Positions 54,443 to 64,000 of a DNA stretch of 64,000 nucleotides are shown piece after piece (position 1 is the first letter of the stretch; each line of letters starts with the position of its first letter). The notes under the pieces were generated by a model. That model was not told the origin of the DNA. It did not search any database and saw only the letters and a list, made by a program, of their open reading frames with translations. Made by a program: the position numbers and the translations under genes. The DNA comes from Spirochaetia bacterium (GTDB lineage: Bacteria > Spirochaetota > Spirochaetia > DSM-16054 > Sediminispirochaetaceae). The stretch lies in the NCBI GenBank assembly GCA_034520965.1, contig JAXHMY010000003.1, forward strand, positions 512,001 to 576,000, given 5' to 3'.

Positions 54443-55053
54443 ATGGCTGAATATTCAATCGCACCGGTGTACGACATACTGCTGTATCCTTTTGTTCACT
54501 CTCTGCGTCTGAAGCTGCTGCAGCTGTGCATAGAGCAGAACTACTCGTCGATACTGGACGTATGCTGCGGAACCGGCAGTCAACTCAAAATGCTGCGGAA
54601 ACACGGTTTTGAGGCCTACGGTGTAGACCTCTCCGAGGAGATGCTGCGTGTATCGCAGAAGGGCCCCTATGCCCGGAATGCCTGCTCCAGGACGCTTCCG
54701 CCATGAGCTTCAGTTCCGAGAGCTTTGCAGCCTCAATGATTACCTTTGCACTCCATGAAAAACCGAAGGAAATTGCCCAGGCGATCATTTCGGAGATGAT
54801 TCGTGTAGTTCAGCCGGGGGGACACATTATTTTAACGGACTTTCACTTTACCACTGCAAGCAGCAGGTATTCAAAATCGGTTATTCGCGCCATTGAATGG
54901 ACCGCCGGTGGTGAGCACTACCGGAATTTTAAGGACTACATGAGCCTAGGAGGGGTTCCCCAGCTCATTGAAGGCTTTCCACTAGTTCAGGTCAAAACCA
55001 TTGCCGCCGGACTTAATAGTATAGGTATATTTGTATACAAAGTACGTATTTGA
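54443..55053 (+). pseudogene. Class I SAM-dependent methyltransferase (UbiE-like), one frameshift
   Basis: LDVCCGTG, GVDLSEEML, FALHE, RVVQPGG. Confidence 0.8.
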
Positions 55054-55139
55054 CCAATATATAACCTTTATTCACTCAATACTTGACGGCAAAAAGACGA
55101 TCATGGTATTATAACCGCGCCTTTGAAAAGGGGGACTTC

Positions 55140-55460
55140 ATGTCCAACTCAACATCGAGTGAGACAGAGAGCAACAAACAGAGAACAAAAAAAATCTACT
55201 GCGCTAATTGCAGTCATTGCAAATTGGTCCGATCACCGCAGGGTGACGGAAATCACTACACGCTAAGGGTTCGGTGCGATGCCGGGAAATGGATCAAAAA
55301 ACTTGGCGGAGAAAAGTATTATAAATACTTCACCGTGGCCCGTCGGAGTATAGACGAGTGCGACACATACGAACCGATGGGAGATGAAAAGGAATTCATC
55401 CGGGAGCTTAAAAAGACCTTGCCCATCAAAGACGAGCTCTACTCTGAAAACGAATCTTAA
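55140..55460 (+). CDS. Small Cys-rich hypothetical protein
   Basis: GGGGG RBS; YCANCSHC...RC...C; upstream TTGACG-18 bp-TATTAT. Confidence 0.75.
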   Translation: MSNSTSSETESNKQRTKKIYCANCSHCKLVRSPQGDGNHYTLRVRCDAGKWIKKLGGEKYYKYFTVARRSIDECDTYEPMGDEKEFIRELKKTLPIKDELYSENES

Positions 55461-55484
55461 TAAAAACACTGTGAGCTAATTAAC

Positions 55485-55937
55485 ATGAGAACAAGCACTT
55501 CTACCCGTATTCTCCCACTTTTGATTGTTATAGCGGCACTGCTCGGCGCATGTGCCTCTCAGCCTCAAGAAATACCTGAAGACCTTGAACCTATTGAGTA
55601 CTTTCAACGGGGTCAAAAAATCGCCAGCGAAGACGAAAATTACGCACTTGCTAAACGTTATTACAAGACATTTATTGAGCGCTACCCCGAGGATATACAG
55701 CGAATAGTTGAGGCCAAGTACGAAATCGCCTATCTCTCGTATAAACAGGGAGACTACGACCTGTCCCGTCAGCAATTTGAAGAAATGCTTTCATATTATG
55801 ATGACGAAGGCTCAAACGTGCTCCCCCGCTGGCCGCAAGTTTTGGCCGAAAAAGTACTTGATAAAATGAGCTCTGATCCAGAGCACACACAAGCAGCACC
55901 AACCGGAACCATGCCGGCTCAACCTCAGCCGGAATAG
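55485..55937 (+). CDS. TPR lipoprotein, BamD-like
   Basis: Lipobox LLGAC, TPR helices (FIERYP, AKYEIAYL). Confidence 0.7.
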   Translation: MRTSTSTRILPLLIVIAALLGACASQPQEIPEDLEPIEYFQRGQKIASEDENYALAKRYYKTFIERYPEDIQRIVEAKYEIAYLSYKQGDYDLSRQQFEEMLSYYDDEGSNVLPRWPQVLAEKVLDKMSSDPEHTQAAPTGTMPAQPQPE

Positions 55938-55940
55938 TTA

Positions 55941-57098
55941 CTAATGCGGTAGAATAATTGTGTGAATTTCGATGCCCCGTTCCCGAGCATCATCATAGAC
56001 TATTTGCTTGGTAATTTTTCCGCGGGGCCGTGGATGGGGAGGGGCATCTCCTACCAATACAATCAGCTTTTTATCTGCCCTCCATTCGTATGAGTGAATT
56101 CCGGTATGTAGGGCCTCATACACAGCCTCCGGAATGTCACGTCCGCCGTACACCCGTATCCGGTTCAACACAGCTTGTATTTTACTGAAATCACGCTCAA
56201 AGGGATACGGTTTGGCCAGGTAAAGCTCGAAGTAATCCCGGTAAAGCACAATTCCAAGACGAAAACTGTCGAAACCTTTAATCTCTTCTTCCAGCATTGG
56301 TATAAGAGAATTACGGAGATGGGGAATATCATCCTGCATGCTTTTGGTGGTATCTAAGCAAAGCACTATATCAATAGATTTCGCTTTTACTCCGCGCAGC
56401 ACATCCCGCAGGTTATTGATGATATCCTCCTGTCCTTTTCCGAAGGTAACTCCCCCGTTGGATTCACGTGAAATCTCTTCATACGACTCAACCGTGTCCG
56501 GCATGTAGTCGCCCTCCGCCGGCTTCGGTTCCATGGGGCGCTGGACAACCTCAATTACAAAGGGATTATCTACAAAGGGCCCCTCGTAACTGGCGTAGGG
56601 TTTGGAGAAACTGCGGATATTGAGCCAGGTGCCGTTGAGTATCTGCAGCTCTCCCTCACGAGTCCAGGGATAACCGTATTCAACAACATAGGGGATAAAA
56701 ATATGAAAGGCCTCGCCAAGGGAAGGATGCTCTTCCGGAGTCGAATCGATCAGAGAAAACAGCCCCCGTTCTTTAGAAGGCAAAAACTCTCCGTCGAGCA
56801 TTCTCTTTTCATCGCCATTGACCGGATGGTATTCCGGGTTACGGAGTGCGTAAGTACTGACCCGCTTTTCCGGGTCGGCGGTTGAGTCGGTCAGCAGTAC
56901 CGACCCGATTCCCGGTTTTGCTTTGATCCATAAATTATACCCCCCCTCCAGACTCTGTTCGAGGATAAGGTCTTCGGCACCGAGCTGCAGCTGTGTCGGG
57001 TTCTGCGCCGTTGCCTGCTGTGCCGACACCGGCACCAGCAAAGCGAGAAACCAGAGGATAAGCAGGCAACTCCATAAAAAAAAGTGGCGGGCTCTCAT
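55941..57098 (-). CDS. Secreted VWA-domain protein
   Basis: Signal peptide; DTTKSM MIDAS-like motif, YRD, GGRDIPE, GDAPPH. Confidence 0.85.
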   Translation of the reverse strand: MRARHFFLWSCLLILWFLALLVPVSAQQATAQNPTQLQLGAEDLILEQSLEGGYNLWIKAKPGIGSVLLTDSTADPEKRVSTYALRNPEYHPVNGDEKRMLDGEFLPSKERGLFSLIDSTPEEHPSLGEAFHIFIPYVVEYGYPWTREGELQILNGTWLNIRSFSKPYASYEGPFVDNPFVIEVVQRPMEPKPAEGDYMPDTVESYEEISRESNGGVTFGKGQEDIINNLRDVLRGVKAKSIDIVLCLDTTKSMQDDIPHLRNSLIPMLEEEIKGFDSFRLGIVLYRDYFELYLAKPYPFERDFSKIQAVLNRIRVYGGRDIPEAVYEALHTGIHSYEWRADKKLIVLVGDAPPHPRPRGKITKQIVYDDARERGIEIHTIILPH

Positions 57099-57168
57099 GT
57101 CTCTATAATCGGCATAAACCAATATAGTTTAACAAGAAACCCGCCCTACCCGGCTTTCCCGCCTTAAT

Positions 57169-59208
57169 CTAGGCCAGCTCGCTGGAGATGTGTGTAAACA
57201 ACTCGGTAAACTCAGAACCCTTCCGATAAAACACAGGAGGCCGGCCAAGGGGTGCATCCACCGTTACATAGCCTCCGCTGTACTCCAGGCCGCTCCACAG
57301 ATGGATCCACACGTCGTCGGGAAGATACGCGGTATGCCGCCGCTTGCCCTTTTTATAGACCGGTGCCACCAACAGGTCGGGCCCGTAAAGGTACTCATAT
57401 TTTAGCTCATGCAGGGTCTCATCCCCGGCATACATGAGTGCCGGATGGCGGTTCGGAGGCAGGGCTGTTTCGGCATACTCCCGGGCAATCTGCTGGTGGT
57501 AGGGTTTAAGCATGGAATACAGCTTGGTCATCCTGGCCAAATGGGTAAGGGTCTCACGGTCCGAATTAAACTGCCAGCAGTCATCCGGACGGTTGCTTTC
57601 GTGGGAGCGCATTATCTGATTAAAGGGGGCAAACTCGGCCCAGCGCATAAAGACCTCTTTGCTGCGCTTTATCCAGCCCAGGGAGGTAAACCCGCCCAAA
57701 TCGCTATGATAAAACCCAACCCCGCTAAAGCCGGCCGACACCCCTGCTGTAATTGCAGTGGCCAAACCGTCTCCCAGGGACCAGTTAACCAACTGATCAC
57801 CACCCCAGTAGGAAAGGGCGTAACGAGAGGCACCGTTGTAGCCGGAGCGGTTGAAAAAGACCACATTCCCGAGTGCTCCAGCCTCTTCTACCGCCTCGCG
57901 ATTTGCCCGGGCCCACTCAACAGGATACCGGTTGTGATACCTTTCGGCGCTTTCCCCGGAATGCAGCACCGCATCGGCCGGAAGGTACTCACCGTAGTCG
58001 CACATCCAGCCGTCCATGCCGATTCCCAGCATATGCTCTTTTATAATGCCCTTAATCCACTCAAAGGCCTCGGGATTCGTCAAATCCAGCAGGGCAGCCG
58101 GAAACGTCGTAACTTCAATCAGATAATCCTTGCCCTCGCTGTTTTTTATCAGGTACCCCTTTTCACTGGCCTCCCGGTAGAGGTCCTCTTCTATTGCTAA
58201 AAACGGATTGATATAGCCGAGAAAATGAACACCCCTGGTATTGAGGCTCTTAATCTGTTCGGGCAGTTCCGGGTACTGGTCTTGGGCATACTTCCAGTTC
58301 CACATCAGCTGCTTACCAAAGGCGGTCACCCGCTTGCCCTCCCAATCCTGAGCCCACAGACCGCCGACCTGCACACCGGCACTACGTGCATGCTCCAGTT
58401 TCTGCTCGATCTCATCGCGGCCGCCCTGAACCCCCAGCCACATACCGTCGTAGGTCCACTCCGGCAGGGGGGGCTGAATACCGTGTATGCGGTTCAGTGC
58501 AGCTGCGGCGGCCGGAAAACCGTCTTCAACACCAATTCGGAGTACCGGCATCTCCCAAAAATGGAGGCTATACTGCTGCCGCCCGGTAAAATCAAACTCG
58601 GCATAGGCAGACGTATCGGCATAACAGTACCACCCCTTCGAGCTTACAAAACTGGTGGCCGGGAAATAGGTAGAGTACCAGTGCCCGCCGGCATGGGAGT
58701 GGACATTTGCAAACTGCGTAATGAGCCCCTTCCCGCGGCCGACCCCCTGCTCTTCAACCCATAGGGGAACCTCGCTGCCCCTAAGGTCAAGCCGGGAGTA
58801 CTGCTCTCCGCAGCCGTAGAGATGCTCCCGCTCTTCCGCGGCTCAGTGAAGCCACAGACGATTGAAATCCGGAACATTTCCCTTGCTGTCCTGCAGCCTG
58901 ATAAATAGTTCTCCGGCATCAACGGTAAACTGTACCACAATTCCATTTTCAGCTTTCAGAACAACTTGACGCTCATCTGCCTCAGTTACCTTCAGCTGCC
59001 GCAGTACATGCTTTTGCTGCACTTGATCCTTGATCTTAAAATTGGCGTGCCAGTCTTGGAAGGATCCCTGCCCCTTGCCAACGGTCACACAAGGCTGGGT
59101 CTCACTGTGATCGATAAGCCGCTTGCCCTTAAAATAGACACGAATATTACCGGCAGACTGCTGCACCTGCAGAAGTCTGCCGGAGCTGTAAGGAACTCTT
59201 GTATACAT
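57169..59208 (-). pseudogene. GH31 alpha-glucosidase, YihQ (sulfoquinovosidase)-like, frameshifted
   Basis: VQGG, WAQDW, YINPF, WMCDYGE nucleophile, WGGDQ acid/base, MRSHE. Confidence 0.85.
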
Positions 59209-59212
59209 ACTA

Positions 59213-60046
59213 TTAACCCTTTACCGCTCCTGCAGTTAAACCGCTGATAATTTTGTCGTGAAAAAATACATAAACGATAATACTTGGAATCATCGCCAAT
59301 ACAACGGCAGCATACATAGAGGGGTAGTCGCTGCGGAATTGGGTGGTAAAAAAGCTTATCCCCAGCTGTATGGTACGCACACTACTGGAGGAGGTCAGCA
59401 AGAGAGCATAGATAAATTCGTTCCACGACCATATAAAGGTAAGCGTACCGGCAGTTACCAGACCCGACCTGGAAAGCGGCAGGACCACCTTGCTGTAGCG
59501 CTGAACAAAGGAACAGCCGTCTATAATAGCCGCGTCTTCAAGGTCTTTTGGAATATTTACCATAAACGATTTAATCAGAAAAAACGAAATTGGTATATTG
59601 ATAGCGGCATATGTGAGAATAAGCGCTGCCCGGGTATCGTATAAACCCAGATTTCGAATAATTGCCAGATACGGAACCATGAAGGCAACTATCGGCATAA
59701 GTACTCCGGCCACAATCACATTTGAAACGCTCTGTCGAAAGGGAAAAACTTCCCGGGAAACTACGAATGAGGCCAATGAGGTTACCATGATATTAAGCAG
59801 GGTTGCTGTAGTGGCAATGATAATCGAATTCATAAACAGCACATGCATTTTAGCAACGCTGACCGCATTTATGTAGTTTTGTAGTTGCCATACCGCAGGT
59901 AAGGCCAGAGGGTAGGCATTAAACTCAGCTTCGGTCTTAAAAGAGGTGAGAATAAGCCACACGAGAGGCAGTACCGCAATTGCAAAAAAGAACAAAAGGT
60001 ACGCCCACTTCAATAAATTAGTTATAACAGCTTTTAGTGTTTTCAT
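59213..60046 (-). CDS. Carbohydrate ABC transporter permease
   Basis: EDAAIIDG, WNEF, GLTAGAVKG. Confidence 0.92.
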   Translation of the reverse strand: MKTLKAVITNLLKWAYLLFFFAIAVLPLVWLILTSFKTEAEFNAYPLALPAVWQLQNYINAVSVAKMHVLFMNSIIIATTATLLNIMVTSLASFVVSREVFPFRQSVSNVIVAGVLMPIVAFMVPYLAIIRNLGLYDTRAALILTYAAINIPISFFLIKSFMVNIPKDLEDAAIIDGCSFVQRYSKVVLPLSRSGLVTAGTLTFIWSWNEFIYALLLTSSSSVRTIQLGISFFTTQFRSDYPSMYAAVVLAMIPSIIVYVFFHDKIISGLTAGAVKG

Positions 60047-60067
60047 TTTATTCTCCAGTTGTACGCC

Positions 60068-60956
60068 CTATTGATCTTCACCGGTAAGGCTTTTACTGCC
60101 TAGGGTCCTATTTAGAGTGACAATCACAAAGAAACCGACCACTACCAGTATTGTTCCAATTGTACTTGCCTCCCCCAACTTACGCGCCCCGATCTTATCG
60201 TACATCATTAAGGCTAAGGTGGAGGTACTGTGCCCCGGACCGCCGCCGGTCATCAGGAAGGTCGCTTCAAAGTGGCGTAAACCGTAGGCCATTGCTAAGG
60301 TCATAGCCGTGACAATAATACCCCACACTACCGGAAAGCGTAATCAGGGTCTCCTGCTGCCATACAGAGGCGCCATCGATCTCTGCCGCCTCATAATAGG
60401 AGGTAGGAATCGACATAACCCCGGCTGAGAATAAATGATCATAAAATAGCCAATGTACATCACCTCTTGGGCAATAATCGCCGGAAGAGCAGTGTTAAAC
60501 GCACCCAGCCAGTTGTGTGACCACTCTTGTCCAGTAATCAGGCTCAAGACCGCATTCAAAGCACCGTATTCGGCGTTGTAGACTGCCTTCCAGAGCATCG
60601 CAATCGCAACTCCCGAAATAACCTTCGGTACAAAATACACAGTACGTAGAGTCTTCCAGAACCTCGGCCTTCGCGCCAGAATAAAGGCGATAATTGTGGC
60701 TAATCCTATCTGCAGGAAGCCGAGAGAGAGGGACCATATGATATTATTGCGTACTGAAATTTGCAGACGTCGTGGCTTGTAAAAGCTTCGAATAGTTATC
60801 AAACCCTATAAACTCCATTGGGCTGATACCGTTCCATGCGGTAAGACTTGAAAAAAAGACAAACCCAAAGGGATAGATAAAAAAGGTGGTATACATTGCG
60901 GTAATTGGAATCATGAAAATAAGAATCCACTTCCAATTTTTGTTCTTCACCAACAT
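60068..60956 (-). pseudogene. Carbohydrate ABC transporter permease, frameshifted
   Basis: [30 protein letters not shown] across frames. Confidence 0.85.
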
Positions 60957-61048
60957 AAGAGGGGCTCCTTAAAAAGTGGACGAGAACCGAATGGCCCTCG
61001 TCCGTAAATTTGCCTCGCTTACATCAATCATTATATAAGAGAAGCTTC

Positions 61049-62326
61049 TTAGTCGTTGGCCTCTTCCAGCATTTCTACAAACTCTTCTGGAGTGGCTCGT
61101 CCGAGAGCCAGCTGGTCCAATGCAGCTCCAAACTCCTGGACTACAGAAGCAGAGAACTTACCGGAGAGGTGGCTGACTACAAATGACGCATTTTCCTGTG
61201 CTTCTACAAATTTCTTCTGAAGCGGATCAACATCGTCGCTTGCGTCAAAGGTAAATTTCGGTACCATTAAAGCACCGGAGTCCATCGAAATGCGCTTTAC
61301 GTTTTCTGGCTCACTCATGTACTGCAGGAAGGTTAAAGCAGCTTCACGTTTGGCAGGATCGTCGGTTGCGCCGGACGCCAACACCGTCTGGATAAACCCT
61401 ACCTGCGCACCCTGTTCGCCGCCGGCGGCTGCCGGAGCTGAAGCTTAGTTCTGTAGCTTCATAAACCTCAGGGGCATTCTCACGGATATTACCGATAAAC
61501 CATGGACCATTAACGAACACTGCGGTTCTCTCAGCCAGAAAGTGGCCGGAAGGAACTGAAGGACCGCCGCCGATGGCGTCTTTAGTGGTATTTCCATCTG
61601 AATACAGCTGTTTCAGGATCTCGGCACCCTTTACATACGCAGGATCCGAGAGAGGCTTGTCCCATACGTCCGCGGGCCGCCGACACTGGCCATGATGTGG
61701 GAGTACCACAGCATACTTGTCCATGCATTGGCTCCGCCGGTCATTTGAGAGGTCGGGGTCACATCGATAGCTTTTAACTTCTCGGCTGCCTCCCAAAACT
61801 CATCGTAGGTCTTTGGAAAACCGTCAATACCGGCTTCTGCAAACAGGTCGGCATTGTACCAGATGGGGGTAATTGCCATTTCGTAAGGAATTACCTTGGT
61901 CTGACCGTCGAGGGTGACTTCATTTACGATACTGGAGTCAAACCGGTTGCCCCAGCCGCCTGCCAGATCTTCGGAAAAATCTACCAGAATATCTCCGGAA
62001 TAGAAATCCTTCGTATCGGGGTTCCACTTCAGAGTAAAAATGTCGGGCACCTGACCACCGGAAATCTGGGCAAGAATTTTCTTGTCGTAGATATCGTAGT
62101 CAGGCATCTCTTCGATTTGAACCTTAATCTGTCCGGCATGCTTCTCATTGAACTCGGCAACAATGTCGGCTACCGCGTCCGCTTTTGCATCTTCACCTAC
62201 CCAAATACAGGGCCAGTTCAGAACTACCTCTTTTTGTGCTTCCTGTTGTCCACCTGCAAGCACCGGCATAGCCAGTACGGTAAATAGAGCAATCAGCATA
62301 ATTGAAAAAACAGTAATTTTTTTCAT
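61049..62326 (-). pseudogene. Carbohydrate ABC solute-binding protein, frameshifted
   Basis: MKK...LAGGQQE leader, VPDIF, IWYNADLF, NGPWF. Confidence 0.85.
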
Positions 62327-62432
62327 ATTCCCCTTTTTCCTCCTTTGAAATGTTTATTTTCTTTCCATAAGTAAGTAGACCATAGAAATATGCAGTTGTC
62401 AACGAAAAATTGCAGCTAATGCCGGTGTTAGC

Positions 62433-63541
62433 TTACTTAATAGTCCGCAGCGAATACTGCAGCGACACATCAAACTGGTGAATCGCATACTCAAAGGTGC
62501 TGTCGCTGTGGATGTCTGTGTACACCTCCTGAAACAGGTTATGCCCTCCGTGTATTTTTTCAAAGTGACGGCTGCTCGCGTGAGCCTTAGATGCACTTAC
62601 CGCATCGAGACTCGCTTTATCCAGGGCAAATGGGTTAGTGCCGGCAAAAACACCTACATCCTCAACCAGCGGAACATCATTCGCCGGCCAGCGAATCGCA
62701 GTCGGGGGTGATATTTATAGCGAAATTGATGTAAAAAGCCTTTTCTTTGAAGTACTGCTGAACCGCATAGGCGTACTCGGTTACCTTTTCAATAAAAATT
62801 TTATTATCCTCGCTTGAGCCCGCCTCCATAGCCTGATAGTTACACGCGGCCACACACTGCCCACACCCGATGCACAGGGCATAATCGATTACCGCCTTAT
62901 GCTCTTCCATAGTAATTGCCCCGACCGGACAGACATTATAACACTGCCGACAGCCCACACAATTCTCGCGGTTCACCACCGGTTTCGAAGATGAGTGCTG
63001 TTCACGTTTCCCGGCAATCGAGGCACAGCCCATGGACATATTTTTGATGGCGCCGCCGAAACCGGCTTCCATATGACCTTTGAAGTGGTTTAGAAAAATT
63101 ATTCTATCCGCCTGGAGAATTCCTCCGGCCAGTTTGGCCTTTTTAATATGCCGGCCGGGAATTGACACTTCACGATAATCCAGCCCGCGAACTCCATCGG
63201 CCGGAATAAAGGGAGCCCCAACAGTTGCATAGTTAAAACCGTGCTGCACCGCGGTCAAGGAGATGGTCCACCCCATTATGGCGCCCACCGGAGTACAGCG
63301 TATTGGTATCGGTTAAAAAAGGCTTTGCCCCGCGGTTTTTTATCTCTTCAGCCACAATTCGGGCATAGTTCGGGTTTAGGTAGCCGAGGTTCTCGCGTTC
63401 ACCTACATGCAGCTTAATGGCAACTAACTCATTTTCTTTGATCGTTTCTAAAAAACCGGATTTTTTAATTAGTTTACGGAACTTTTTCTCCAGCGAATTC
63501 CCAAAGTCGGCTTGCATATCCGTAAAGAGTATCTCATTCAT
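62433..63541 (-). pseudogene. DUF362-domain 4Fe-4S protein, frameshifted
   Basis: AIKLHVGE, PFLTDTNTLY, HFKGH, GGAIKN, two CxxCxxCxxxC motifs, PDCD. Confidence 0.85.
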
Positions 63542-63629
63542 TGTTCACTTCTCCTTGTATAAGTACATTTGCTTTTACTGATATTTTAGGAGCTTTATCG
63601 GTTAAATGCAATGTGTTAAGCACTTTGAA

Positions 63630-64000
63630 GTGCTGCTATGAGTTGGATTTGCGAGTAAGCATATGAGTGAACAAATAGAAATGGCCTTAAGATATGTTTC
63701 CCGGAGTAAAAGGATTAATAAAAAAAATGGTCCAACACAAGGTCGGATGCCCCTACTCCGGCCAGAATGGGATCGTACTTACAAGGCAGCACCACACATT
63801 TTTCATCAGTCTGGGCGAATTCAGTCCACTTGAGCTGCAGCTGAATTTGTTCAGCCAGGTAATTGGAAAGCGCCTCCGAGCGGGTTACCAGCAAAAATGA
63901 GTCGGGACCAAACAGCTGAAACAGGCTGTATACCCCTTCGGAAAGAATCCGTGCTTTTTCATTGAGCACTCTTAACACGGTTGAGTTTTGGGAGCTAATT
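63630..64000 (-). CDS. C-terminal fragment of a protein running off the window, possibly a ROK-family regulator
   Basis: ORF open towards the window end, ending ...AGVGASDLVLDHFF, similar to ROK C-termini; upstream of a sugar locus. Confidence 0.35.

Overview
Bacterial chromosomal window, most likely from a free-living, salt-adapted anaerobic spirochaete. This is an inference from gene content: 'AGGQQE' solute-binding proteins, yajC-secD-secF near a groEL with no groES, NhaC/BCCT/GpgS osmoadaptation genes. Most genes are housekeeping or transport: fbaB, pgi, pfkA, ispH, secDF-yajC, groEL, birA, argR-argG, xth, a TAXI-TRAP system, two carbohydrate ABC clusters and signalling proteins. Several blocks (about 6.6-12.6, 21-22, 41.3-43.6 and 53.4-64 kb) have many frameshifts, probably long-read consensus errors. 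The best non-obvious signals: (1) an unannotated ~215-nt minus-strand sRNA candidate between pgi and pfkA, with its own promoter and terminator plus anti-Shine-Dalgarno and anti-AUGAAAA motifs complementary to solute-binding-protein start regions; (2) a 142-bp MITE-like element built of three perfect palindromes and flanked by a 9-bp direct repeat; (3) a complete 1.3-kb IS1-like element with 26-bp terminal inverted repeats; (4) a 68-bp two-hairpin REP-like repeat pair; (5) a gpgS operon with a degenerate M20 peptidase and a DUF212 candidate phosphatase; (6) a YihQ-like GH31 lacking two sulfonate-binding residues. No rRNA, tRNA or CRISPR array was seen.
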